NCBI GenBank assembly: GCA_965649765.1
Contig: OZ287756.1
Span: 21,204,001 to 21,268,000 of the forward strand
Source: Bispira polyomma
Lineage: Eukaryota
Direction of reading: 5' to 3'
Length of the DNA stretch: 64,000 bases
Shown here: piece after piece, positions 42,179 to 52,737 of the stretch
Layout: every line of letters starts with the position of its first letter
Numbering within the stretch: the stretch's first letter is position 1
Program-made: the position numbers and the translations under genes
The notes under the pieces: generated by a model
Databases searched by the model: none
What the model was told of the DNA's origin: nothing
The model's input: the letters and a program-made list of their open reading frames with translations, nothing else

Positions 42179-44112
42179 TGGACGAGAGTGAGAAATTAAA
42201 CATCTAGAACATGATACTCCTTGTGTTTTTGTCTTTCCCCTTTACCACACTATTGCTATTATATCACGATACAGAAATAGTAACTATAACAGGATAAAAA
42301 TGTTTTTTAAAATCCAATATGGCTTCCAATAGAAGAAAATTATATATGTTTACTGCTTGGTTTCAAGCTTAAAAGTGAACACACAAAGAAAAGGCGGCAA
42401 AAGCCTCCAGTAAACACCTTACTGATACATGATTCTGATTGGTGTTTACATAAATAAACAAACAGGTAACCAATCCATACAGTAAGCTACAGAAAATAAG
42501 AATACAGTAATGTCTTAATTATAAGGACTGAAGGGCCATGCTAATAAATTCGCAGTGACGTCTAATCGCCAGTTGCAAAATCCATTGCTATCTATTATCT
42601 GTGGGAATGAAGACTTTGTGTCAAAGGTTTTTATTTTATACATGTTAGTTAGGTAAATATGCATCATATGTTTAAAATTTACATAGTTTAAAATGTTTTA
42701 TAGAAATTTAAAATACCCAATATGAGTAACAAAAATAGTAAAATTATAATACACGGCCATAGTAATAAGTTTTATGTATTTTAATAGTATTAAGAACATG
42801 TGTCAATCTCTAACAATTTCATAAACTGGCCACTTCAATTCATCACAGTTGTTTCCTTTTGGTATTACATAATCTGGCAGCTATAAATATGATCATACAG
42901 GCAAATCCTATATCCACTAGACCACCACTGCACCGCAAACACCCCCGCCTCTCACTGACTAATGCTTAAAACATCTCTCATTATAAGCAATTTTGTCTTT
43001 TAGCTTTTCTTGTTCTCTCTAAGTTTATTGCATGTAACAAACAACTCAGTTGCCAAGTTGGGTGAAATTGTAAGCTATGAAGTGGCCTTGAGAGATAAAC
43101 TACAAGATACCATTTGGAGAATTTATTTATGTATATGAGTTAGTAGTATGTACAGAGTGTAAAAGCAGGTTAAAATTTTTAGGGTATAAATTTTAAATGT
43201 ACCCATACTATCACAACAAGTGTAAAGCCCACGTAAGCGGACATAAATGACAATAAGAAAAGTAAGATACTAAAAGAAACAATAAAATAATGACGGGACT
43301 AGCCCACTATGCCAATTAAGTAATAAGTAGCAATACCTTTAAAGTAGATACTATAACCATTTATTCAACCATCCGGTATAATACACTACTATTATTCAAA
43401 ACACAATCATTGAAGTTATTCATCCTGATATTCACAGTGTTAATTAGCGCAGCATTGGAACCCGAGACCTGTGGCACCTAGTCGCCTGGCAGAGAGGGGA
43501 TTCTGTCCCACAGCGCTTCTGTTCAACCCTGAGTCCCCACAGGGGAAAGATTGAAGGGCAGAATCCCATCTCCACACGGTCGCGGGGTCGAATACTACCA
43601 GAGCACGAATTACCGATACTCTACCACTACAACTATCGCAAATGCAAAGTTACATGCACTTGGAGTGCCAAGTAAGTATAAATTAGCACCAGTTTTAATG
43701 CTGGAGGAAGAAATGGGGATGGGGGTGGGAATTTTTCATAAAATGGGTGTTTACCCTTGAAGTATCTTTTCTAAAATGGAGAATGTGTGAGGGAATGCAC
43801 ATGCTAATTCAGGGGGGTCTGTTCACTAATTGGATACATAATTAATTAGGGATGGAAAATTTTCAAAACAAGAATAGTTTTACAAAAGTGGATTTGGACA
43901 GGAGGGTCAACTGAGGTAGCAGTCCCCTAAAGTGGACTGCTGGGCACAGTTGCCAAGTTGGGTGAAATTGTAAGTTATGAAGTGGCCTTGAGAGATAAAC
44001 TACAAGATACCATTTGGAGAATTTATTTATGTATATGAGTTAGTAGTATGTACAGAGTGTAAAAGCAGGTTAAAATTTTTAGGGTATAAATTTTAAATGT
44101 ACCCAAACCCAA

Positions 44113-45099
44113 TCAAATAGAGGAAGGGATGATGGAGGAAAAAGTAGCAGGAATAACAGAAGCTGCCTGGGAGGTAGATTGCAAGTAGGTCCATACAGCT
44201 GAGCTGCGCCATAAACCGTGTGACATAATATTTTGAAGAGAAACATTATTGTTGAACGCTAACGTAGCTCCAAATCTACGGAAAGTGTGAAATCCATGAA
44301 TTTTATGATCTATGCCAATATGTTGTAAAATATTCTTGAGAACTGTCCTGATGTGTGAATCTATAATAGGATGGTGAGGGGAAATTGCTGTGACAAATAA
44401 TGGGTAGTGTTGTGGGAGTTTCCTTGATTCCATAAGTAGTGTGAGTGCTGTGACTGGACACAGCAAAGGGGTATCAATCTTCGGAACCTGGATTACGTGT
44501 GAGGAGGACCTATCTTGCATGTTTTTGGCCCACTTGAGGATTATGTGTGCTCCAGGAGGACCAAAAACCACATCCTGTCTAAGGAAGTGTCTAGTGGAGT
44601 CAAATTTTAGTCTGGAGTGAGGTGCAATATTTGACATTCGTAAAAAACCATAGAAGGCTAAAAGGAAGATGGCCCTGTAAATCTGAGGATCGGATGAAAT
44701 GCTACAAGCCTGTGATATTTGTAGTAGTTGTTTGATCTGAAAAACCCCTTTGACTGCAGGTCTAAAGGAAGAATTCAAAGCAAGACTACGTGTAAAAAGT
44801 GATATAGAGTTGTGCTGGAATGCTTGTGTATCCAAGTGGTATTTTGCAGACATGAATTTCAGTGCTGAGATGTAGTTATTTATGACTTTTGGAGAAATGT
44901 TATTTGGAGCTAAATATTCCAGAAAAGCCAGAATAGAATGTACAGTGATGTTTTGAATTGCAGCATATTGCAAAAAAGCAAGAAATGTTCTAAATTGACT
45001 GACATAAGCTGAAGTAGTTGAAGGTCTCAGAGCTGCATTGATTCTTGAGATGGCTGCTAACCCCAGTTGTTGTGATGAAGCAGTAGCACCTGAAATCAT
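44113..45099 (-). CDS. E3 tyrosine recombinase, intact 328 aa
   Basis: YGFLRMSN, KWAK, LCPV, HTFRRFGAT, HGLWRS, VWTYL. Confidence 0.95.
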   Translation of the reverse strand: MISGATASSQQLGLAAISRINAALRPSTTSAYVSQFRTFLAFLQYAAIQNITVHSILAFLEYLAPNNISPKVINNYISALKFMSAKYHLDTQAFQHNSISLFTRSLALNSSFRPAVKGVFQIKQLLQISQACSISSDPQIYRAIFLLAFYGFLRMSNIAPHSRLKFDSTRHFLRQDVVFGPPGAHIILKWAKNMQDRSSSHVIQVPKIDTPLLCPVTALTLLMESRKLPQHYPLFVTAISPHHPIIDSHIRTVLKNILQHIGIDHKIHGFHTFRRFGATLAFNNNVSLQNIMSHGLWRSSAVWTYLQSTSQAASVIPATFSSIIPSSI

Positions 45100-46545
45100 A
45101 TGTTATAATCAAGGTTAAATAATTTTAAAGGAACCGGTTTACAGGTATAAGCACTGAGAAGTTGCATGATTTCTGCTCTAGGTGGGTTGTTTGAATACAT
45201 ACGCGAAAGTGCATCTGCATATATATTCTCCTTACCCCTAATGTGCTGTATACTAAGAGTTATGTCCAGTGTGGAGGTGATAAGCCAAATATTCCTTATA
45301 CATGTAGCCAGGAAGGCATTCCTCGTTTTACCTGTCTGTACGACCAAAACCACGGCCATGTTATCACAGTTAAATAATACCTTTTGGTGAGCCCAATCCC
45401 TACCCCACGCAGATGTTATAAATTTGTGTGATTTTTTCAGGGGTAATACTAATGGTTCCAGCTGAAATGTTGATATCTATCCCCAAGTAAGTTACATGTG
45501 TGTCAGGGGAGCTGACCTTGTCCTGATTGATAGGGAGACCTAACTCACTGAGTAAATTACAGAGAATATCAAATCCCCTGGTGGCATCAGCTTTAGAACA
45601 TACGCAAATGTAGTCGTCGATATAGCAGTATAAGTTGAAACCTAAAGTGGCCATATGGTCAGAAATTATGTCCGAGCAACGCTGAAAGGCCGCGCTTCCA
45701 TGAGCCCAGCCGAATGCGACCGCCGCGTCCATGAAGTAGCTGTTACCATGTTTTATGCCTAATTTTAAGCTATCTACTGGGTCTACCCTTAAGTTTCTAA
45801 AAGCGCGGGCTACGTCGACCTTAAACATGACTGGATCAAGTGTAGACCTAATACTATCAGTAATGTGATCTATATTTGGAAATTTTAAAAGAAATTTTGT
45901 ATTGTCAAAAATTTCCCTATTAACGTTGTCGTTAACTGATTGACCTTTGGGGTATGACAAATTAAGTATGACTCGACGTTTATTTGAGTCCTTTGGCCTA
46001 GTAAGTAACGGTGAGCAGTGAAAGTGAGAGTCGGGAATCTCTCGAACTGGGCCTAACATGGCACCCTTATGCTGTTCTTTCTTAAGATATTCTACAATTG
46101 CTTCTGTGTGCTGTAAAGCAGAGTGGTGATTAGTTACCTCTTTACACTGAAGCTGATCTGGGTTGTCAAGTGAGAGAGGAAACCCGAATTTTAAGTACTG
46201 AGTAATAATCTTATCAGGGTGATGTCTGGTTATTCACTCCCAGACGTCTATGTTTAACTGAGATTTTATTGGAATTCGAGCTTGTTTATAATTTGGAACT
46301 CCCGTTTCCCTAATAATGTTTGCAACTTTGCACATCTGAGTAATGTCAACAATATCGACCAAATCCCTGTCAGGTCCGATGAAGTTGAATTTTTGTTCAG
46401 CAAGTTTAATAAAACCAATGTGTTTAGAGCTGTCTGAGATATCAGTAAAGTCCTTAGTTTTCGTAGAAGAAAAGGTAGCTGTGTGAAGGTTGTCCAACCC
46501 CTCCACAAAGTGAACGTTGTAATCACGGACGGAGTTGTTACTCAC
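45096..46545 (-). pseudogene. E3 RT/RNase H, broken by stops and an internal deletion at ~45400
   Basis: FKVDVARAFRNL, FGWAHGS, YIDDY, then an abrupt jump to the RNase H tail (CDNMAVV..HIRGKENIYADALSR). Confidence 0.9.
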
Positions 46546-47463
46546 CTTTGCATTCTCATAGTTGTTTAGTTTATTATCACATACATTTAATTTTGTTTAA
46601 CATATTTTTACATTATCCTGCATGACAATTTCATCAATAATATCATGAATAAATTGAGTATAATCATAACCCAAGCTTTCCTAACATATCAGGTCTCTTT
46701 TGTAGTTAAAGTAAGTATTATTTGCCTCCAGTACTCCCAATGCTGAATGTGTACTCACAGTGTGCCTTTTATGCACTGTCCTTTGCACTGTTTGATTTCC
46801 GTTTACCCTAATAGGGAAACTTGGACCATTGCCAATGTGATTGTATGTATAAGTACTAATACTGCTGTCAAATGACAAATAACAGAAACCTAACATGTCT
46901 TGAAAGTTGTGGAATTTTAAGTATACTACTGGATAATTGTGACTGTCCCTAAGCACATGATAAGTACAATCAATTACTGCCACTTCACATGTAGCAACCA
47001 ACACTTCGTCATGAATTGTTATACAAAAATCGTCCTTTCCGGCAAGTTTATTTTCCTGCCAATAATGGTGCAATGAGCCGTTGTCACTGATTTGGTTAAC
47101 AGAATCAAAATGCACTCCTGTAGTGTCATGTATTATGGCAGTGACAGGATTGGCATCTATTATGTTATGCCATGCACATCCCCTGATTATATTGCACTTG
47201 TTCATGCTAGTACTGTTATACTGAGAAGATGTTATCTGGTCACTGTTATCTGACATGTATATATTATCAGCAAGTTCCTGCCCGACCAATCTAGAATCTG
47301 CTTTCTGATAGTCATCTGCAAATCTAACCTGACATTTATCGACACTACTAGTTATATTCCTAAGACTAAAGACATTAAACTGACATACTTTAGTTTCACC
47401 ACTACTACTATTACAAGCACTGCACTCTCTGATTGTTCGTTCATTTGGGCGTACAGGAGATCC

Positions 47464-48594
47464 CTAACTGGTAGATGACTTGACATCAGTTGCACGTTTT
47501 GCAGAATTGGCCTTAACACACTTGAACTCCGGATGATTACTATCTCTGTTTAGCACGCGATGACAATGACTGCAAATATGCCTGTACTGGCTGTGATCAT
47601 TTTCATGTGAACAAGTACCATTATTGTAATATTTGCAGACTGTTTTTGGTTTCTGTGATGACTGTGTTACCTGAGAATTAGCGAGCACTAGCTGGGAAGT
47701 GCTAAGCCTGTTTAGGGCCCATTGAGTAGTGTTATCCCATTTAAGCCGTCCCTCCTCCACTTCCTGCATGTTCAGGACCCATGCAGATCTGACAGCCGGC
47801 CAGGGGAGGGAGGCTGCATCCCTCAGCGAAAAAATTACCTGGTTAAGCATCTGTCGCATCACCGTATTATCAGATACTTGAGCAATGTTAAATAATTGGC
47901 CAGCAGCCCACTGGGGGAGAGATAGCTCGTCGTACTGAGGACGCTTCCGTGCAGTTCCACCGAGCCAGCCTTCGTTGGCCCAGCGAGACTGAGGGTCAGC
48001 ACTGCAAATGTCCGTGGTATTAAATCTGCCGGATTTCTGGCGCAAAGATGGCTTACCTTGAGATAGGTCCTGGCGGAGTTGTACATCATACGCAGCCAGT
48101 CTCTGGTTAACCGCTGCTGTTACTTCAGGTATTGACTTAAGGACGTCAGGTCGGGGTATAATGGCATCCCGTTGGTAGTCCATATGCGCCCTCACCGGAG
48201 GGATTCCTGGCAACTGTTGAGTGAAAGCCTGAGGTTGAAGTAAAGCCGAGGTCCGTGGCTGTGCATGTAAACCCAAATCCAGAACTGTGTCGTTTCTAGC
48301 CGGGTAGTGGGGTGAGTTCAGTGGTGTGGAATTGCGCGACCCCCTTGTTTCGACCTCATCTAGCCGCTTGGTTATAGAAGCATTAGCTGACTCAAGTTTC
48401 CGGAGTATGTTCATCACCTCAAACATATCGTCTGACCTAGTAGCCTCCCCTTGTGATAACGGAACACTCAAATTCTTTACCACCGGATCGGATGATTTTG
48501 TTATTGCCTTACGTGTACCGGCAGATGTCTTCTTCTTTAAAGGCACACTACTTGGCGTTTTGGTTTGCTTTGTCCTTCCCATAGTGTATAACAC
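47464..48594 (-). CDS. E3 gag-like protein, 376 aa
   Basis: Coiled segment, KSGR, YDELSLPQW, W...R, and C-terminal CKYYNNGTC..H..HICSHC..H..C knuckles; homologous to E2 and E4 gag. Confidence 0.9.
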   Translation of the reverse strand: MLYTMGRTKQTKTPSSVPLKKKTSAGTRKAITKSSDPVVKNLSVPLSQGEATRSDDMFEVMNILRKLESANASITKRLDEVETRGSRNSTPLNSPHYPARNDTVLDLGLHAQPRTSALLQPQAFTQQLPGIPPVRAHMDYQRDAIIPRPDVLKSIPEVTAAVNQRLAAYDVQLRQDLSQGKPSLRQKSGRFNTTDICSADPQSRWANEGWLGGTARKRPQYDELSLPQWAAGQLFNIAQVSDNTVMRQMLNQVIFSLRDAASLPWPAVRSAWVLNMQEVEEGRLKWDNTTQWALNRLSTSQLVLANSQVTQSSQKPKTVCKYYNNGTCSHENDHSQYRHICSHCHRVLNRDSNHPEFKCVKANSAKRATDVKSSTS

Positions 48595-49858
48595 GCACTA
48601 GAATACTTAAAACTCATGTAAAAACAAATAAAACTTAAATATCACAGTACATTGAATTAATGAAATTTTTCATAAAATGGGTGTTTACCCTTGAAGTATC
48701 TTTTCCAAAATGGAGAATGTGTGAGGGAATGCACATGCTAATTCAGGGGGGTCTGTTCACTAATTGGATACATAATTAATTAGGGATGGAAAATTTTCAA
48801 AACAAGAATAGTTTTACAAAAGTGGATTTGGACAGGAGGATCAACTGAGGTAGCAGTCCCCTAAAGTGGACTGCTGGGCATTGTCACTGTCCCAATCAGT
48901 GTTGGAAGACCTGTTTATGGTCTTAAAACCTTCACACATGTACAAGAAGTAACACTGGCTTCTAAATACACAGAAAAACACAGCCTTACACACACATTTC
49001 AAGTCCACAATAGTTATTGTGAGAATTTGTACTTTTTAAATTGACAAAAAATTTATCTTAGAATCAAAATCAGAAAGTTTATCCACCCTATAGTGTTAAT
49101 ACATGTGTGTATATCAATGTAGGGCAATATAAACTATACGATGTACTTCTTGTCACTTTATGTTTATGATATTGTTTTGAGAATGAGGAAATATCAAACT
49201 TACCTGATTGCTTAAATGCTAAATACAAAATGAGGCAAAACACAAATGTCACCAACAGTAATTAACCAAATAGCATTGAAGATGCTGAAACCACACAGGT
49301 CTTTGGGGTGAAATCAAACCATGACGTTGCACACCTACACCTTGAGGAATATTTGTACTTTGTTGGCCTCATTGAACTAGGCCGGTCTAATTTTGCGGCT
49401 GCTGCATAGCCCATTCACACATACATATCTCTTTCTGGAGTAAAGTTAAGTAAAATCTGACATCATATTTGGATCCAGCATTAAAAACTGTATTAAGATG
49501 AATAGTCACAAGTATAGGTTTTTTCTATATAGCGTACTTCTACATGGGCTATATTTGAGTTAAGTATGAACTTGAGCTTGAGTAGTGACCTTTGTGTGTC
49601 CAGATGTGTGTACTTTTATATTTTCAGAAACAAAGAAGAGAAATGTTCAGTTACTTCACTCACTACATATACCGGATGACGCCATCATGTCGTAACTTAA
49701 TTTTTTAACATCTACGATTCTATTTTCCCAAACCTACCATTACCATCAAAGCCCTTTGCTAGGCAAAGTCTTTAAACCTTCAATATTCAGTATGTACATA
49801 ACAAGAAATATTTACATAAACACTACGTAGATTAAATACATAAGAAAATTCATTCTTA

Positions 49859-50563
49859 GCCTACGCTTCCTTTCAGCACATTCCGACGTCGGCCGATTTA
49901 AAGGTGTCCGATCCGATCCGACGTCGGCCGATGTTGTGCTTCCTTTCATCAGATATACACGCAAATTCGTCGGATGGTGACTTGCAAAATGGCAGAAGAA
50001 AGCCTATTTTATTGTGATTACTGTGCTTTTTTTCCCATCAAAATACCTTGTAAAACGGCTGAGATATATACAGTTAAGTAAGGGTACCCATTTTTACTTC
50101 CTGGTGTGTAAGCTGTGACTAGCTACATAACTGACGTCATTATGACGTATTCTTCACCGTATATGGGAAAGTTAAATGGGGTACCCATCTATAAACTTAA
50201 ATATCTGAGCCGTTTCTTAACGGATTTTGGTGGGGAAAAAAGCAATGTAATGATAATAAAATAACCTTTCTCATGCCATTTTCAACGTAAACATCTGACG
50301 AATATTAAGTATATATAGGATGAAAACCATAACTATGATAGCATTTTTGCAGACATTCTTGTTTCAAAATCGGTCAGTCCTCCCGATTTTTTCCTCCCTG
50401 ACAGATAAAAACTGTTGCCCAAACAGACGTCGGCCGACGTCTGATCGGATCTGATGCAATTCTGCTGAAAGGAAGCACTTGTTAGTATTGTATAATGAGG
50501 GAAAAAATCGGCCGACTTCGGCCGATATCGGCCGATAAAAACATGCTGAAAGGAAGCGTAGGC
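49859..50563. mobile_element. MITE with perfect TIR gcctacgcttcctttcagca, TA/TWA flanks, containing a nested fold-back (~49944-50326)
   Basis: Left cttagcctacgcttcctttcagca is the exact reverse complement of right tgctgaaaggaagcgtaggctaag; internal cggccga repeats. Confidence 0.8.
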
Positions 50564-52481
50564 TAAGCTATTTCTAACAAGATAGTTTATCTCCTCCATT
50601 TTTCAGTCAACTTGGGTTTTGAGAATCTCGTCTTATAAATCCCACAGTTGAAAATATTGTTGAAACAAGGAATATGAAGTTAGAACTTGTTTCAGCTGAG
50701 CATGTCCGGTGGTTTAAATAGCATTTTGTTAGGAGTTACATTAGATAAAATAACACTCAGTTAGCTTTGTAAAAACAACTTTGTTAATATTTGTATATGT
50801 TACCATATTTTATGTTATATTTTAGGCACAAAACATGAAAGGAATAAAACCATTGAAATGTAATGAAAAGTAGCACTATAAAATATTTTAACATTTTAGT
50901 AAACTTAGGGGTGGGGTCTGGTGGTAAACAGTTTTTGGTAACTAATTTTTTAACATGAAAACATCAGCTTTATGAACAAAGACCCCTTGTTCATTTTTTA
51001 GAAAGCCATGTGGTTGAACTGTCAGTATAGCTCACTATTCGACAGTTCACCTAATTTCCAAGACTAGTTCACCATTATATTACTTTGAGCTGAATACTAG
51101 GTTAAATAACACAAGCTAAAATGTGTTTTAGTTGTTATTCTATTTCCAACGAGACCGTTTAACCAATTTCTAGGAAAAAACGTTCACAGAATATAATTTA
51201 CTTGGTCAAATACCCGATCAGAAAACAAGACGTCAGGTTTTGTTCCCTGTCTCAAACTTATCTTAATATAGTGTACCCTAAAAGTTGCTTTTGCTTTATT
51301 TTAAGCGCCAAATAAATTCTGTGCAATGTCATTTTCATTGATAAAATTTCTCATTCTATTATTAAATATCTTATTCTATTACAAAAAAAAAGTTGTGTTT
51401 AAGGCTTTCTACGAACAACTTCGTGACTTTGAAATGTTTTATAGCAAGTACAAAAGTCACCAAATAAATAAACCGGCTTTTCACAAAGAAGTTTATCGTA
51501 TAATCATTGGTATATTAAATTTGTGGCTTTCCCCTGTCTCACTAAAACACAAAGTATACCACCAACGGCTGTTTTTCATAAAAGTAACTGAAATAATAAA
51601 AGACAGCCTTCTTCGTTTTTGTGTCATATCACAACAGACAGTTCAGTGGTGAAGGAAATTCAGAACAGACGTAGTTGGTAGAACTTTTTGATCTGCAAAC
51701 AACTGACCTTCAGCAAGTCTACTACCAACTTTCCAAAGTACACACAGGACAGTAATTCCAATCTACAAATGGCAGGGAGTTTGTCACAGTGCTTCTTCGA
51801 CCATTAAATCTGGCCATCGCAATATGACCTAAGCTGTGGAAATATATGTAAAATCCAACTAAATTCAAGAGAATGTTAGACATATAAAGTTAGAAGGCTA
51901 CAAAAAGATGGCAACTATACTTATATATAAATTTCACAAATTATATTTATGAATATCAGCTGTTTGAGAGGGCCATATAGGGATATAATAAGCTCCTTAA
52001 GGTCAGGTTAATATGGCTTATTGACCATTAGCTTATATTCTGCTTAGTAAACCAAAGATTATATTTTAATTTTATTCTTCATCGACCATCAACTTGAATC
52101 AAAACAGGTTCTTTAAAGAACAATTGTAACAAATACAAATATTTTTGCAAGAACAGACATTAGAATTTGCTTTAAAACCTATAAAAAGAAATATAGAGCA
52201 AAAAGCAAAAAATGGTAGTTTTATCTTTATTAATTTTTATTAAGAATTTTTTTTTAATATGCATTTTTTTTAAATTTTGACTGTTTGTCTGCCGCCATGT
52301 TGAACTGAAAATTTGTTATTTTGAAGAATTACGATGAGTGATAAAATGTTTAATAACAACAGGTAATATAAACAGCTTTACCACCTGTAATATATCTTTA
52401 AAAGGAAGAAATATGGCGTAAAAAGGACCAAAAAGCAAGATTTCTTTAAATATTTCAGTGATATGGTCTCATCAGGCAGAT

Positions 52482-52737
52482 GGGGGCCGCGGTGGCCTAG
52501 TGGTTAGCAAGCATTGCGCTTCACAATCACTGGTCTCTCACCTCTGGGTGGTGTGAGTTCGACTCTTGTCAAAGCCTAAGTGGGAAAGGTGGTAGTTCCT
52601 CACTGTGGGCCGCTGGTTTCAGTGCAGAACCTTGATCAACTGTATGCAGTGTTTCCTCCAGCGTTACCAACTACCCGTCCCAATATAACCTAAACAGGTA
52701 CTAGAGTGGACGTTAAATATCCCAATTCAAATTTAAA
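52482..52737 (+). mobile_element. Full-length tRNA-derived SINE with 14-bp TSD
   Basis: TSD ctcatcaggcagat at 52468-52481 and 52738-52751; A box TGGCCTAGTGG, B box GTTCGACTC; empty sites in copies A and B. Confidence 0.92.

Larger units (their letters stand above)
36513..42564 (-). mobile_element. Full-length Ngaro-type YR retrotransposon (E2) with split direct repeats, frameshifted
   Basis: Sense order is A1(42564-42332)-gag-RT/RH-YR-B1(37311-37088)-A2(37055-36823)-B2(36734-36513). No methyltransferase domain seen; absent from copy A. Confidence 0.95.
43047..48880 (-). mobile_element. Full-length Ngaro-type YR retrotransposon (E3) with split direct repeats; internal pol deletion
   Basis: A1 48664-48880 matches A2 43730-43946 (2 mismatches seen); B1 43947-44105 matches B2 43047-43205 (1 mismatch). 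Order gag-RT/RH-YR; empty site in copy A at 13374-13375. Confidence 0.97.
15601..51800 (+). repeat. Long tandem segmental unit, copy B (expanded by the nAChR-like segment and TE insertions)
   Basis: 15601-~23850 matches A 1-~9800; 33640-36512 matches A 9853-12677; 42565-43046 matches A 12990-13375; 48881-51800 matches A 13376-15600. Confidence 0.9.

Noticed and set aside
43528-43552. Hammerhead-like CTGA..stem..GAAA on the + strand
   Set aside because: It lacks the full CUGANGA core, lies antisense to the element and is not conserved in the 11900 homolog.
44113-45099. Phage integrase / prophage or bacterial retron
   Set aside because: The YR sits in gag-RT-RH-YR elements with split direct repeats, in intron- and SINE-containing animal DNA.
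45096-45099. AUGA stop-start coupling as the general YR expression route
   Set aside because: It is present only in E3; E1 and E2 lack an ATG there, whereas the phase-1 acceptor position is shared. It is not excluded for E3 itself.
52482-52570. tRNA gene
   Set aside because: The A/B boxes belong to a SINE head with body, tail and TSD; there is no proper cloverleaf.
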